Positions 47,214-54,418 of a DNA stretch of 56,491 bases are shown here, one piece after another. Each line of letters begins with the position of its first letter. The stretch's first letter is position 1. The DNA comes from Opitutaceae bacterium. Lineage in GTDB: Bacteria > Verrucomicrobiota > Verrucomicrobiia > Opitutales > Opitutaceae. The translations under genes were made by a program, and so were the position numbers. The stretch covers positions 1-56,491 of the forward strand of contig JANQKU010000139.1 in assembly GCA_028280955.1 (NCBI GenBank), given 5' to 3'. The notes beneath the pieces were generated by a model. The model saw nothing but the letters and a program-made list of their open reading frames with translations. It was not told where the DNA came from and did no database searches.

Positions 47214-48587
47214 ATGACCACCACCCCAGCCCCTCAGATATCTTTGTTACTCGCAGATGACGATGCGGGCATCATCACTTCTGGTAAAATGCTTTTTGAA
47301 GATGAGGGTTGGTCCGTAAGCGTCGCGAAATCGGTCGCAGAGGTGATTCGTAAGGTCGAAAAGCAGGAGTTCGATGTTGCGTTGGTGGACATGAACTACA
47401 CGCGCGACACCACCAGCGGCGCTGAAGGACTTGAGCTGATTTCCAAAGTCCACGAGATTGACCCGGATCTACCCATACTCGTCATGACGGCGTGGGCGAC
47501 TATCGACATCGCAGTCGAAGCTCTCAAGCGCGGCGCTAGTGATTTCATTCCCAAGCCTTGGGAAAACGACAGGGTGGTTCAAAAAGTCTCCAAAATGGCG
47601 CTGAACACACGTTCCCTACGCAAGGGACGCCTTCTCCAGGCGGAGGCCGAGCTCCACCGACAAGAAAATATTCCTGACGACTTCATTGCCCACTCACCCG
47701 CCATGCAAAACGTCATGCAAATCGTCAACAGCATCGGTCCATCCGAAGCGAATGTAATGATTCTCGGAGAAAACGGCACTGGCAAAAGCGTGATCGCGCA
47801 GTTGATTCACGGAATTTCCCATCGAGCGGAAGGTCCTTTTATCAGTGTCAACATGGGCGGTCTCGCAGAGGGGCTTTTTGAAAGTGAGATCTTTGGCCAT
47901 GTAAAAGGAGCATTCACCGACGCCAAGGCAGACCGAGCTGGCAGATTCGAGATCGCACGCGGCGGCACCATCTTCCTCGATGAGATTGGAAACATCACTT
48001 TAAACCAACAAAACCGTCTGCTCCGGTTGCTTGAAACGGGCGAATTCGAACGTGTTGGTTCCTCCCGCACGATCAAAACAGACGCTCGTGTGATTTCGGC
48101 CACCAACGCTCCGCTCAAAGAGAAAGTCGCAGATAAGTCCTTCCGAGAGGATCTCTACTACCGGCTCAACACGGTCATCATCGACATGCCACCGATGCGG
48201 GACCGTCGGGAGGATGTCCTTCCCCTCGCCCACCATTTCCTCTCCCGCCTGAATCGCAAGTATCGCAAATCGATCCGCAAATTCAGTTCACAGGCGGAAA
48301 AAGTGCTGCTCGACTACCACTGGCCGGGAAATGTGAGGGAGATGAATCACGCCATCGAGCGAGCAGTCCTCATGTGCCACACCGACGAGATCCACGCACA
48401 GCAACTCATGCTGGAAGCGACGACTTCCAGCCCGGCAGACATCGAATCCATGAGCATGGAGGACATCGAGAAGCTCCTGATCCAAAAAGCCCTCAAACGC
48501 AACGGAGGCAACGTCACCGCAGCCGCCAAACAACTCGGTCTCAGCAGAGCCACCTTCTACCGCCGTTTACAGGACTACGGAATATGA
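47214..48587 (+). CDS. Sigma-54-dependent response regulator (NtrC family: REC-AAA+-Fis HTH)
   Basis: 'LLADDD...DVALVDMNY', 'GENGTGKS', 'GAFTDA', 'ETGEFERVGSS', C-terminal 'AAKQLGLSRATFYRRL'. Confidence 0.9.
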   Translation: MTTTPAPQISLLLADDDAGIITSGKMLFEDEGWSVSVAKSVAEVIRKVEKQEFDVALVDMNYTRDTTSGAEGLELISKVHEIDPDLPILVMTAWATIDIAVEALKRGASDFIPKPWENDRVVQKVSKMALNTRSLRKGRLLQAEAELHRQENIPDDFIAHSPAMQNVMQIVNSIGPSEANVMILGENGTGKSVIAQLIHGISHRAEGPFISVNMGGLAEGLFESEIFGHVKGAFTDAKADRAGRFEIARGGTIFLDEIGNITLNQQNRLLRLLETGEFERVGSSRTIKTDARVISATNAPLKEKVADKSFREDLYYRLNTVIIDMPPMRDRREDVLPLAHHFLSRLNRKYRKSIRKFSSQAEKVLLDYHWPGNVREMNHAIERAVLMCHTDEIHAQQLMLEATTSSPADIESMSMEDIEKLLIQKALKRNGGNVTAAAKQLGLSRATFYRRLQDYGI

Positions 48588-49927
48588 GAAAAAACAGTAG
48601 CTTCTTTCGCTTCATCCCGCTACAGCTCCAGCTATTCATTCTCGGGATTTTGCTAGCGGTCCCGGCGCTGCTTATCATTTGGTATCTTTACACGACCAGG
48701 CGACCCAGCGACGAACTCATGGCCGTTTTCTGGTTTGCCTACCTCCTCTGGAGCGCAGGCATTCTTTTTCAGATGTGGCGCGCCTGCCACGAGCCCTTTT
48801 ACACACTTACCAACCTCGTTCGCTCCCTGCACCAGGGCGACTACAGCCAGAGGCTCATTCAGTACCCCAAATGGCACGCCATCGGATACCTTCACGAGGA
48901 ACTCAACACGCTCGCCGACGTCCTTCAGAACAACCGCATCGCGACCATCGAATCCGTGAGGAGATTTCAGTACCTCATCGACCAACTTGAGATCGGTGTC
49001 GTCGCATTTGATGAGCAGAAAAAGCTCACCATGATCAACTCGCACCTTTCCAAATATTTCGGCAAGCATTCTTCCGAACTTAATGAAAAACACATAAGCG
49101 ACCTTTCACTGGAATCCCTCTGGGAATGCAAAAGCGGCCGCACTTTGTGGCTCACGTTCGAGCAACGCACTTCACGTTTTCTGATCCACAGTTCCGTTTT
49201 CAGAGACGATGGAAAACCTCATCGACTCTTTCTCCTCACGGACGTCAATGCACCTCTTCGTGAAGAAGAACGCTTCGCGTGGAAGCGCCTCATCCGAGTC
49301 CTCGGGCATGAGCTCAACAACTCCCTCACCCCCATCATCTCACTCACTTCCTCTCTGAAATCCCGTTTTGAAAAGCTCGACATGCCTGAGCAGCAAAACG
49401 AATCCACGATGGAAGCGCTCGACGTCATTCGGGAACGCGCTCTTGGCATGAATCGCTTCGTGGAGGACTATTCCAAACTTGCGAAACTCCCCGAACCGAA
49501 CCGTCAGATATCTTCGCTCACTGAGATCGCACGAAAGCTGCGACAACTGATGGAGACTAACCACTTCAAAGTCGTCGAAGGTCCCGATTGCGAACTCCAC
49601 GTCGACACCGATCAGATCACCCAACTTTTCATCAACTTAATCAAAAACGCCGAGGAATCTGTAGATCCACAAAACGGCGAAATTATGATGACGTGGCGCC
49701 GCGAATCGACGGACGCAGTCATCACCGTCGACGACAACGGCCCCGGCATCGAAAAACTGGAAAACCTCTTTGTCCCCTTCTTCTCCACCAAACCCGGCGG
49801 CAGCGGAATCGGCCTCGTACTCTGTCGTCAAATCGCCGAAGTCAACGGCGGCTCTATCGACATCCAAAACCGCGATTCCGGCGGCTGCCGCGCGACCATC
49901 TGTCTGCCTATTTACTCTGAGAAATAG
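48584..49927 (+). CDS. Sensor histidine kinase (NtrB-like partner)
   Basis: ATGA overlap with the regulator stop. Two TMs, H-box 'LGHELNNSLTPI', 'DDNGPGI', 'GGSGIGLVLCRQI'. The longer ORF-track start at 48374 overlaps the regulator out of frame and is rejected. Confidence 0.85.
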   Translation: MRKNSSFFRFIPLQLQLFILGILLAVPALLIIWYLYTTRRPSDELMAVFWFAYLLWSAGILFQMWRACHEPFYTLTNLVRSLHQGDYSQRLIQYPKWHAIGYLHEELNTLADVLQNNRIATIESVRRFQYLIDQLEIGVVAFDEQKKLTMINSHLSKYFGKHSSELNEKHISDLSLESLWECKSGRTLWLTFEQRTSRFLIHSSVFRDDGKPHRLFLLTDVNAPLREEERFAWKRLIRVLGHELNNSLTPIISLTSSLKSRFEKLDMPEQQNESTMEALDVIRERALGMNRFVEDYSKLAKLPEPNRQISSLTEIARKLRQLMETNHFKVVEGPDCELHVDTDQITQLFINLIKNAEESVDPQNGEIMMTWRRESTDAVITVDDNGPGIEKLENLFVPFFSTKPGGSGIGLVLCRQIAEVNGGSIDIQNRDSGGCRATICLPIYSEK

Positions 49928-50168
49928 AAGTTCATTTATTAATGAACAAGCGGGTTTTCGCAGTTTCGATATTTTTATATTTCATCAAATCAAGACTCTA
50001 CTGACAGCAAGATCATAATCAAATATCCTGTTGATAATCAATATCTTACAACTTTTATTTGCATTAGAATAATACTTCCTTAAAATCCAACTTAATGCCT
50101 CTAAACACCTTTCAAATTCTCCAATATACCCGCTAAAAAGTGGGTTATAACTACTGTTGTAAACAAAA

Positions 50169-50582
50169 ATGAAAAAAATGAAGATAGAAGTGTCTTTGAA
50201 GCAGGCTTGCACTTCCCTTTTCAAAAATCAGCCGAACCTCTATTCCTTTACCAGTCTCACTGGCCAAACCGAATGGAATTTGACGCATCATCTTTCCAAT
50301 GAGATCAGAACGTTTTTTGAAGATTACGATTGTGATCTCGATATATCAAAAAGGAATTTAGGAAATAAACGCCCAGATATCGTAATTCACAAACGAGACT
50401 CGAATACCGACAATCTGTTGGTGGTCGAAGTTAAAAGAAATGGAAAAAAATCAAAAATAAATGATGACATCAAAAAGATTAAAATAGACTGGTTTAATTC
50501 GGACCTTTCTTATCATTTTGGGGCGACGATTAATTTGAAAGATGATATGGATTTTGAAGTGAAAGTCTTTGAAAATAAATAG
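50169..50582 (+). CDS. Cassette 1: small PD-(D/E)xK nuclease-fold protein (hypothetical)
   Basis: 'KRPDIVIHKR(7)LLVVEVKR' fits the D...(D/E)xK restriction-endonuclease-like motif. 137 aa, followed directly by an attC. Confidence 0.5.
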   Translation: MKKMKIEVSLKQACTSLFKNQPNLYSFTSLTGQTEWNLTHHLSNEIRTFFEDYDCDLDISKRNLGNKRPDIVIHKRDSNTDNLLVVEVKRNGKKSKINDDIKKIKIDWFNSDLSYHFGATINLKDDMDFEVKVFENK

Positions 50583-50649
50583 TTGTAACAAGACGGCGGA
50601 GAGGAACTGCCAGACCTCCGGCCTCTTGTCCCTCACCTTAACGTTCGCA
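50583..50649 (+). repeat. attC site 1
   Basis: TTGTAAC-AAGACGGCGGAGAGG...CCCTCACCTTAAC-GTTCGCA. Arms pair imperfectly with bulged bases. Shares AACAAGACGG and GTCCCTCACCTT(A/G)ACGTT with attC 7. Confidence 0.7.
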
Positions 50650-50657
50650 AAAAATAA

Positions 50658-51350
50658 ATGCCTCAACGAATCACAGGTAAGCTCCTCTCTCAAAAGTGGA
50701 AAGTTGATGTAAAGCATGCCCTCTACAGTCATGATGGAACATGGTACCATCGCCTTAAAGATTTTCCTGGAGCATTGTTTGATTCATCTGGTTTCGTGAT
50801 ATTCAACACAAAGGATGAGTTTGAAGGGTGTCCAAGTTTGAGACTGAAGAAAGATTGCGGTTGCAGGTTTGGCATTTCGACCATCGACGGATATGTCAGA
50901 GTTCGAAACTTCGAAGCGTCTGATGTCAAAGATGATCAAGAAATTGAAAGAAAAGAGACTTTCGTTTCGAGGATTATTAGAGATACGAACCTCAGCAGAG
51001 AATTGAAATTAGAGTATGAAGATCAGTGTCAGATCTGTGGTGTCACAGTCAAATTATTCGACGGAAGTTATTCCGAGGCTCATCATATCATTCCTTTAGG
51101 ATCACCACATAATGGAACAGATAACAAAGATAATTTGATAGTGGTTTGTCCCACGTGTCACGTAAAGATGGATTATTTTTCTATCCCTCTTTCATTGATG
51201 GATTTGAAAGTTCTAGGTCATACCATTTCAGAAGAATCTGTAGAATATCACAACAATCAATACGCGAACAAGATAGGCGAGAGGGATTCTGAACCGCTCC
51301 GCGTGTCATCAATCCCTCCCTTTGAGGTTGTCTCCAAAAAAAGAATCTAA
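50658..51350 (+). CDS. Cassette 2: HNH endonuclease with uncharacterised ~130-aa N-terminal domain (McrA-like architecture)
   Basis: 'CQICGVTV(10)EAHHIIPLGSPHNGTDNKDNLIVVCPTCH' HNH/His-Me finger. The 3' end of the ORF runs through attC 2. Confidence 0.85.
   Translation: MPQRITGKLLSQKWKVDVKHALYSHDGTWYHRLKDFPGALFDSSGFVIFNTKDEFEGCPSLRLKKDCGCRFGISTIDGYVRVRNFEASDVKDDQEIERKETFVSRIIRDTNLSRELKLEYEDQCQICGVTVKLFDGSYSEAHHIIPLGSPHNGTDNKDNLIVVCPTCHVKMDYFSIPLSLMDLKVLGHTISEESVEYHNNQYANKIGERDSEPLRVSSIPPFEVVSKKRI
51263..51333 (+). repeat. attC site 2
   Basis: CGCGAAC-AAGATAGGCGAGAGGGATT...AATCCCTCCCTTTGAG-GTTGTCT. R'' GCGAAC is the reverse complement of GTTCGC at the start of this cassette (50643-50648). 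Confidence 0.7.
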
Positions 51351-51394
51351 ACGAATAAAGTCCTCAGAATTTCATATAACTAAACCAAGAAAAC

Positions 51395-51859
51395 ATGAAA
51401 AAAACAATCATCCTTCTAGCATATATTCTCCTGGCCAGCATACTAAATGCTGGTAGTGGCAGTGCAACTGCTCCTTATTGGCAAAAACTCGAAACGTTTC
51501 AATTAACGACAATCTCGCTTACAAACATAAGTAGTGAAAATGTTACTGTCTTTATCATGCTAAAAGACATAGATGGTATCGCCTACGATGAAAGCTCTGA
51601 AAATGGAACAAACATTGAAATTGGGTCAAATTTTTCGGGTGATCCTCTGTCTAATAACGGAGCCTTGCTTGAAGCTGGAAAAACGGGAACATTAACGATT
51701 AAGGATACCGGTAATCTGAAAACCGGCTACAGCACAATTGAGTGGGTTTCAAACGGAAGTAACATTAGAGCCCTTGTGGGAGTAACGACTCATGTTGTTA
51801 AAGGAGACGCCTCACATGACTTCAATCACATGTTGATAAACAACGGATTGCCTTTCTAA
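51395..51859 (+). CDS. Cassette 3: secreted hypothetical protein
   Basis: Signal peptide 'MKKTIILLAYILLASILNAGSGSA' and a beta-rich mature part. No family recognised. Confidence 0.6.
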   Translation: MKKTIILLAYILLASILNAGSGSATAPYWQKLETFQLTTISLTNISSENVTVFIMLKDIDGIAYDESSENGTNIEIGSNFSGDPLSNNGALLEAGKTGTLTIKDTGNLKTGYSTIEWVSNGSNIRALVGVTTHVVKGDASHDFNHMLINNGLPF

Positions 51860-51868
51860 AAAAAGACC

Positions 51869-51934
51869 CGACAACAAGGTGCTTGAGGTAATCCTGCTCA
51901 CTTGTTCGCGGATTACCTCAGCTAGACATTAGTG
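51869..51934 (+). repeat. attC site 3 (core G replaced by A)
   Basis: CGACAAC-AAGGTGCTTGAGGTAATCC...GGATTACCTCAGCTAGAC-ATTAGTG. Perfect 10-bp inner stem. R'' GACAAC complements GTTGTC at 51327-51332. R' reads ATT instead of GTT. Confidence 0.65.
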
Positions 51935-51966
51935 TGAAAGATTTCTCAAATTCGTCATAAATATTC

Positions 51967-52058
51967 GGTCAAAGCAGTACTGACCACGTTGTCAAAGGGG
52001 TTTTGAACGAACGGTCAAAGCCCATTTGACTGAGTGGTCAAAGAGCATTTGAAAAAGA
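51967..52058 (+). repeat. Four tandem 23-bp direct repeats (iteron-like) inside ORF-less cassette 4
   Basis: Units start at 51967, 51990, 52013 and 52036: GGTCAAAGCAGTACTGACCACGT / TGTCAAAGGGGTTTTGAACGAAC / GGTCAAAGCCCATTTGACTGAGT / GGTCAAAGAGCATTTGAAAAAGA. Each has an internal GTCAAA..TTTGA(C/A) dyad. Confidence 0.75.
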
Positions 52059-52175
52059 GTAAAAATTGAAAAGAAGCCACTCCTCTGTTAAAAAGAATTG
52101 ATCCCGTACCACGCTAAAAGTTTATTGGTTCTGCTCCACGAATCACATCAACCTCATCCCCAATTTTACAAAAAG

Positions 52176-52234
52176 CACTAACAAGACGGTGGGTTAAACT
52201 CTGCTTTGCTCCGTTCACCACATTGACGTTGGCA
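52176..52234 (+). repeat. attC site 4
   Basis: CACTAAC-AAGACGGTGGGTTAAAC...GTTCACCACATTGAC-GTTGGCA. R'' CACTAAC is the exact reverse complement of (G)TTAGTG at the start of cassette 4. Confidence 0.65.
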
Positions 52235-52285
52235 GAAATAATAGAAGACTTGAGAAATCTTTGGAATTCCACGATATTTAAAAAT

Positions 52286-52492
52286 ATGAGCATCACTGAA
52301 ATAAAAAAACTCCCCGTCGGCGAACGGATTGAGGTGATGGAGCAGATCTGGGATTCTTTGAGAGATGAAGATCAGGAAATATCGTCACCTGCCTGGCATG
52401 GCGAAGTATTGGAGGAAAGAAGAAAAAAAATAGAGGAAGGAAAAGCTACCTTCATCACCCTCGATCAGCTAAAATCTAGATTTCGCAGATGA
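52286..52492 (+). CDS. Cassette 5: addiction-module antitoxin (TIGR02574-like)
   Basis: 'MSITEIKKLPVGERIEVMEQIWDSL...SPAWHGEVLEERRKKIEEGKATFITLDQL' pattern. 4-nt overlap with the toxin ORF. Confidence 0.7.
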   Translation: MSITEIKKLPVGERIEVMEQIWDSLRDEDQEISSPAWHGEVLEERRKKIEEGKATFITLDQLKSRFRR

Positions 52493-52794
52493 AAATAAAA
52501 GAAGTCATTATCCTCGATGACGCCTCCGAAGATCTTGAAGCAGGCAAGCTTTTCTATGATGAAAGAGAATTTGGTATTGGTGATTACTTCATCGATTGTC
52601 TTTTATCAGATTTAACCTCCCTCAAACTCTACGCAGGAATTCATAATTTCCACTTCGGTTACCAACGGATGCTATCAAAATGATTTCAGTTTGCGATTTA
52701 CTACGACATTGAAGATGAGATTGCCCGAGTCATAGCTATTTTGGATATGCGGATGAATCCTGACAGCATCCGAAAAATCCTCAAACAAAGATAG
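52489..52794 (+). pseudogene. Cassette 5: RelE/ParE-family toxin interrupted by an in-frame TGA (52681-52683)
   Basis: Same-frame continuation after the stop encodes 'FQFAIYYDIEDEIARVIAILDMRMNPDSIRKILKQR*'. The TGA aligns with the conserved Arg in 'RRFPYTIIY' of the paralogue at 53127, consistent with CGA>TGA. Confidence 0.7.
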
Positions 52795-52795
52795 A

Positions 52796-52859
52796 CGCCA
52801 ACAAGTAGGTTAAGTAAATGCCGAGCACGCTTGCCATCTACTCACCTCAGACGTTAGGA
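52796..52859 (+). repeat. attC site 5
   Basis: CGCCAAC-AAGTAGGTTAAGTAAATG...CATCTACTCACCTCAGAC-GTTAGGA. R'' GCCAAC complements GTTGGC at 52228-52233. Confidence 0.7.
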
Positions 52860-52908
52860 AAAAACAAAAATGATTTGAGATAATTTTACGATTCAAGATA
52901 ATCAAACC

Positions 52909-53130
52909 ATGGATGCAGCAATATTAGAAAAGGAAGCTCTTTCACTTCCTGAATCAGCCAGAGCAGTTTTGGCAGATCGACTAATCGAAAGTATATCTCC
53001 TATTCCCCCCACAATTTTAGACTCATGGATAGAAGAATCAGAAAGTAGATTAAAGGCATTTGAACGAGGAGAAATTGAAGCCGTTGACGGAGAGGAAGCT
53101 TTGAGCCTATTAAAGAATAAATATAAATGA
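52909..53130 (+). CDS. Cassette 6: addiction-module antitoxin (TIGR02574-like)
   Basis: 'EALSLPESARAVLADRLIESI.......LDSWIEESESRLKAFERGEIEAVDGEEAL'. 4-nt overlap with the toxin gene. Confidence 0.75.
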   Translation: MDAAILEKEALSLPESARAVLADRLIESISPIPPTILDSWIEESESRLKAFERGEIEAVDGEEALSLLKNKYK

Positions 53131-53423
53131 ATTTCAGATTTCTTACTCCAGCCCTCAGTGAGATATCTGACGCCTCAGAGTATTATGAAAATGAAGTATC
53201 GGGACTAGGTATTGATTTCATTGACGAAGTCGATTCAACGATACACCGAATTTTGAAATATCCTCGTGCTTGGAGTAAGATCTCGGATGAATTTCGTCAC
53301 TGCAATTTAAGAAGATTTCCATATACGATCATTTACCATCAACCTCAAGAAAACGAAGTCCTCATAGTTTCGGTATTCCATCAAAGCAGAAAACCGAACT
53401 CATGGAAAAACAACCTAAAATAA
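53127..53423 (+). CDS. Cassette 6: RelE/ParE-family toxin
   Basis: 'A..EI.DA..YYE.......DF..EV...I..I..YP.AW.......R...LRRFPYTIIY......VLIVSVFHQSRKP'. Confidence 0.8.
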   Translation: MNFRFLTPALSEISDASEYYENEVSGLGIDFIDEVDSTIHRILKYPRAWSKISDEFRHCNLRRFPYTIIYHQPQENEVLIVSVFHQSRKPNSWKNNLK

Positions 53424-53471
53424 TACTAACAGGAATTCTGAACCGCTCCGCTCCTCACCCTGGCGTTGGGT
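53424..53471 (+). repeat. attC site 6 (short, 48 bp)
   Basis: TACTAAC-AGGAATTCTGAACCGCTCCGCTCCTCACCCTGGC-GTTGGGT. Shares the 18-mer ATTCTGAACCGCTCCGC with attC 2. Arms pair poorly, so it may be degenerate. Confidence 0.5.
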
Positions 53472-53485
53472 AGATATAATCGAAA

Positions 53486-53893
53486 ATGTACTCATTCATA
53501 GCAGATTTCATTCTCCTGCTTCATTTTGCATTCATTGTTTTTGTTGTTGGTGGAGAGATCTGCGTGATTGTCGGATTCTTTAGGAATTGGTCCTGGGTAC
53601 GTAATTTCAAATTTCGCATCTTCCATGTTTGCGCCATTGGATTTGTAGTTGTCCAAAGTTGGGTCAATCAGGTATGTCCGCTCACAATCTGGGAGAACGC
53701 ACTTCGAAATGCTGCGGGTGAAGAAAAGTATTCTGGGACTTTCATCGGACATTGGGTTGGGCAAATAGTTTTCTATGACGTACCTCAGTGGATTTTTGTA
53801 ACTGCATACTCGATGTTTGGAGCATTAGTTATTCTTACTTGGATTTGGGTAAGACCTAGACGAATCAATAGGAAAACTTCTGAGGATAATTGA
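53486..53893 (+). CDS. Cassette 7: DUF2784-like membrane protein
   Basis: 'DFILLLHFAFIVFVVGGE', 'VCPLTIWENALRNAAGE', four TM segments. Confidence 0.7.
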   Translation: MYSFIADFILLLHFAFIVFVVGGEICVIVGFFRNWSWVRNFKFRIFHVCAIGFVVVQSWVNQVCPLTIWENALRNAAGEEKYSGTFIGHWVGQIVFYDVPQWIFVTAYSMFGALVILTWIWVRPRRINRKTSEDN

Positions 53894-53899
53894 TTCATG

Positions 53900-53969
53900 G
53901 CCCAACAAGACGGTCGAGGTGAGGAACCGTAAAGGCTACGCCCTCTGGTCCCTCACCTTGACGTTGTAT
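53900..53969 (+). repeat. attC site 7
   Basis: GCCCAAC-AAGACGGTCGAGGTGAGG...CCTCACCTTGAC-GTTGTAT. TCGAGGTGAGG pairs with CCTCACCTTGA (one G.T) with bulged bases nearer the R boxes. R'' CCCAAC complements GTTGGG at 53465-53470. Confidence 0.75.
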
Positions 53970-54199
53970 AAAATGAAGTAGGATACCTGGTCTTCGACAA
54001 GCTCGTGTGCGAATCCGTGGATGATTCCCATCACGCTTAGGATTCTGATGATTCGATACTTTGGCTGGCTCACTCCGACGTAGACATTAAAAACTGAATA
54101 GAATGAACCACGGAAAACACTGAAATCACAGAAACGATTTTTTTTCACAGTCGTTACCCAACAGCATATAAAATTCCGTGCCTTCGGTGGTTCCATTCA

Positions 54200-54264
54200 G
54201 TACAACCCGTCAGAGTAATCCATTAATCCGCAGTCAGATCATTCTCTCACAGCATTTGTTTCAA
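54200..54264 (+). repeat. attC site 8 (last in array)
   Basis: GTACAAC-CC-GTCAGAGTAAT...ATTCTCTCAC-AGCATTT-GTTTCAA. R'' TACAAC complements GTTGTA at 53963-53968. L arms pair with one mismatch and one bulged T. Confidence 0.55.
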
Positions 54265-54418
54265 ATTGAGATCATCGCGTCTCATTTTGATACAGCTGTG
54301 CTTTCATTCTAAATCCTTACCAAATTCCTCCATTTCCTTCTCATTGATTCAGAGTCAGTTACAAATTTCGGAACGAATTGGTATGCATCCTGTTTAATTG
54401 TGAGCTAACATCACAAAC

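Larger units (their letters stand above)
50156..54264 (+). mobile_element. Integron-type gene cassette array (8 attC sites, no integrase in window; CALIN-like)
   Basis: Eight attC-like sites (listed separately) delimit cassette-sized units of 295-684 bp. Each cassette's first bases after G|TT are complementary to the R'' box of its own downstream attC. Left boundary uncertain (50046 or 50156). Confidence 0.75.

Noticed and set aside
48374-48583. Long 5' extension of the histidine kinase ORF (ORF-track start 48374)
   Set aside because: It overlaps the 3' end of the NtrC-type gene in another frame and has a Pro/Arg-rich nonsense-like composition. The ATG at 48584 (ATGA coupling) begins a proper TM-containing N-terminus.
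49930-49947. Hairpin GTTCATT-tatt-AATGAAC after the kinase stop as a terminator
   Set aside because: The stem is a 7-bp A/T-rich helix with no following U-tract. That is too weak to call an intrinsic terminator.
50046-50162. A possible ninth attC upstream of cassette 1 (TTACAAC ... GTTGTAA are exact reverse complements)
   Set aside because: The 116 bp between the two boxes shows no internal dyad symmetry when the arms are compared. I keep it only as an ambiguity in the left boundary of the array.
49985-50224. Minus-strand 79-aa ORF at the position where an integron integrase would be expected
   Set aside because: It is far too short and low-complexity, has no tyrosine-recombinase motifs, and overlaps the start of cassette ORF 1.
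51967-52058. Possible CRISPR array
   Set aside because: The four 23-bp units are contiguous with no spacers, and their 3' halves diverge. No cas genes are present in the window.
53936-54196. Minus-strand 86-aa ORF
   Set aside because: It runs antisense through attC 7 and the inverted-repeat segment of cassette 8. Its composition is repeat-derived and no family is recognisable.
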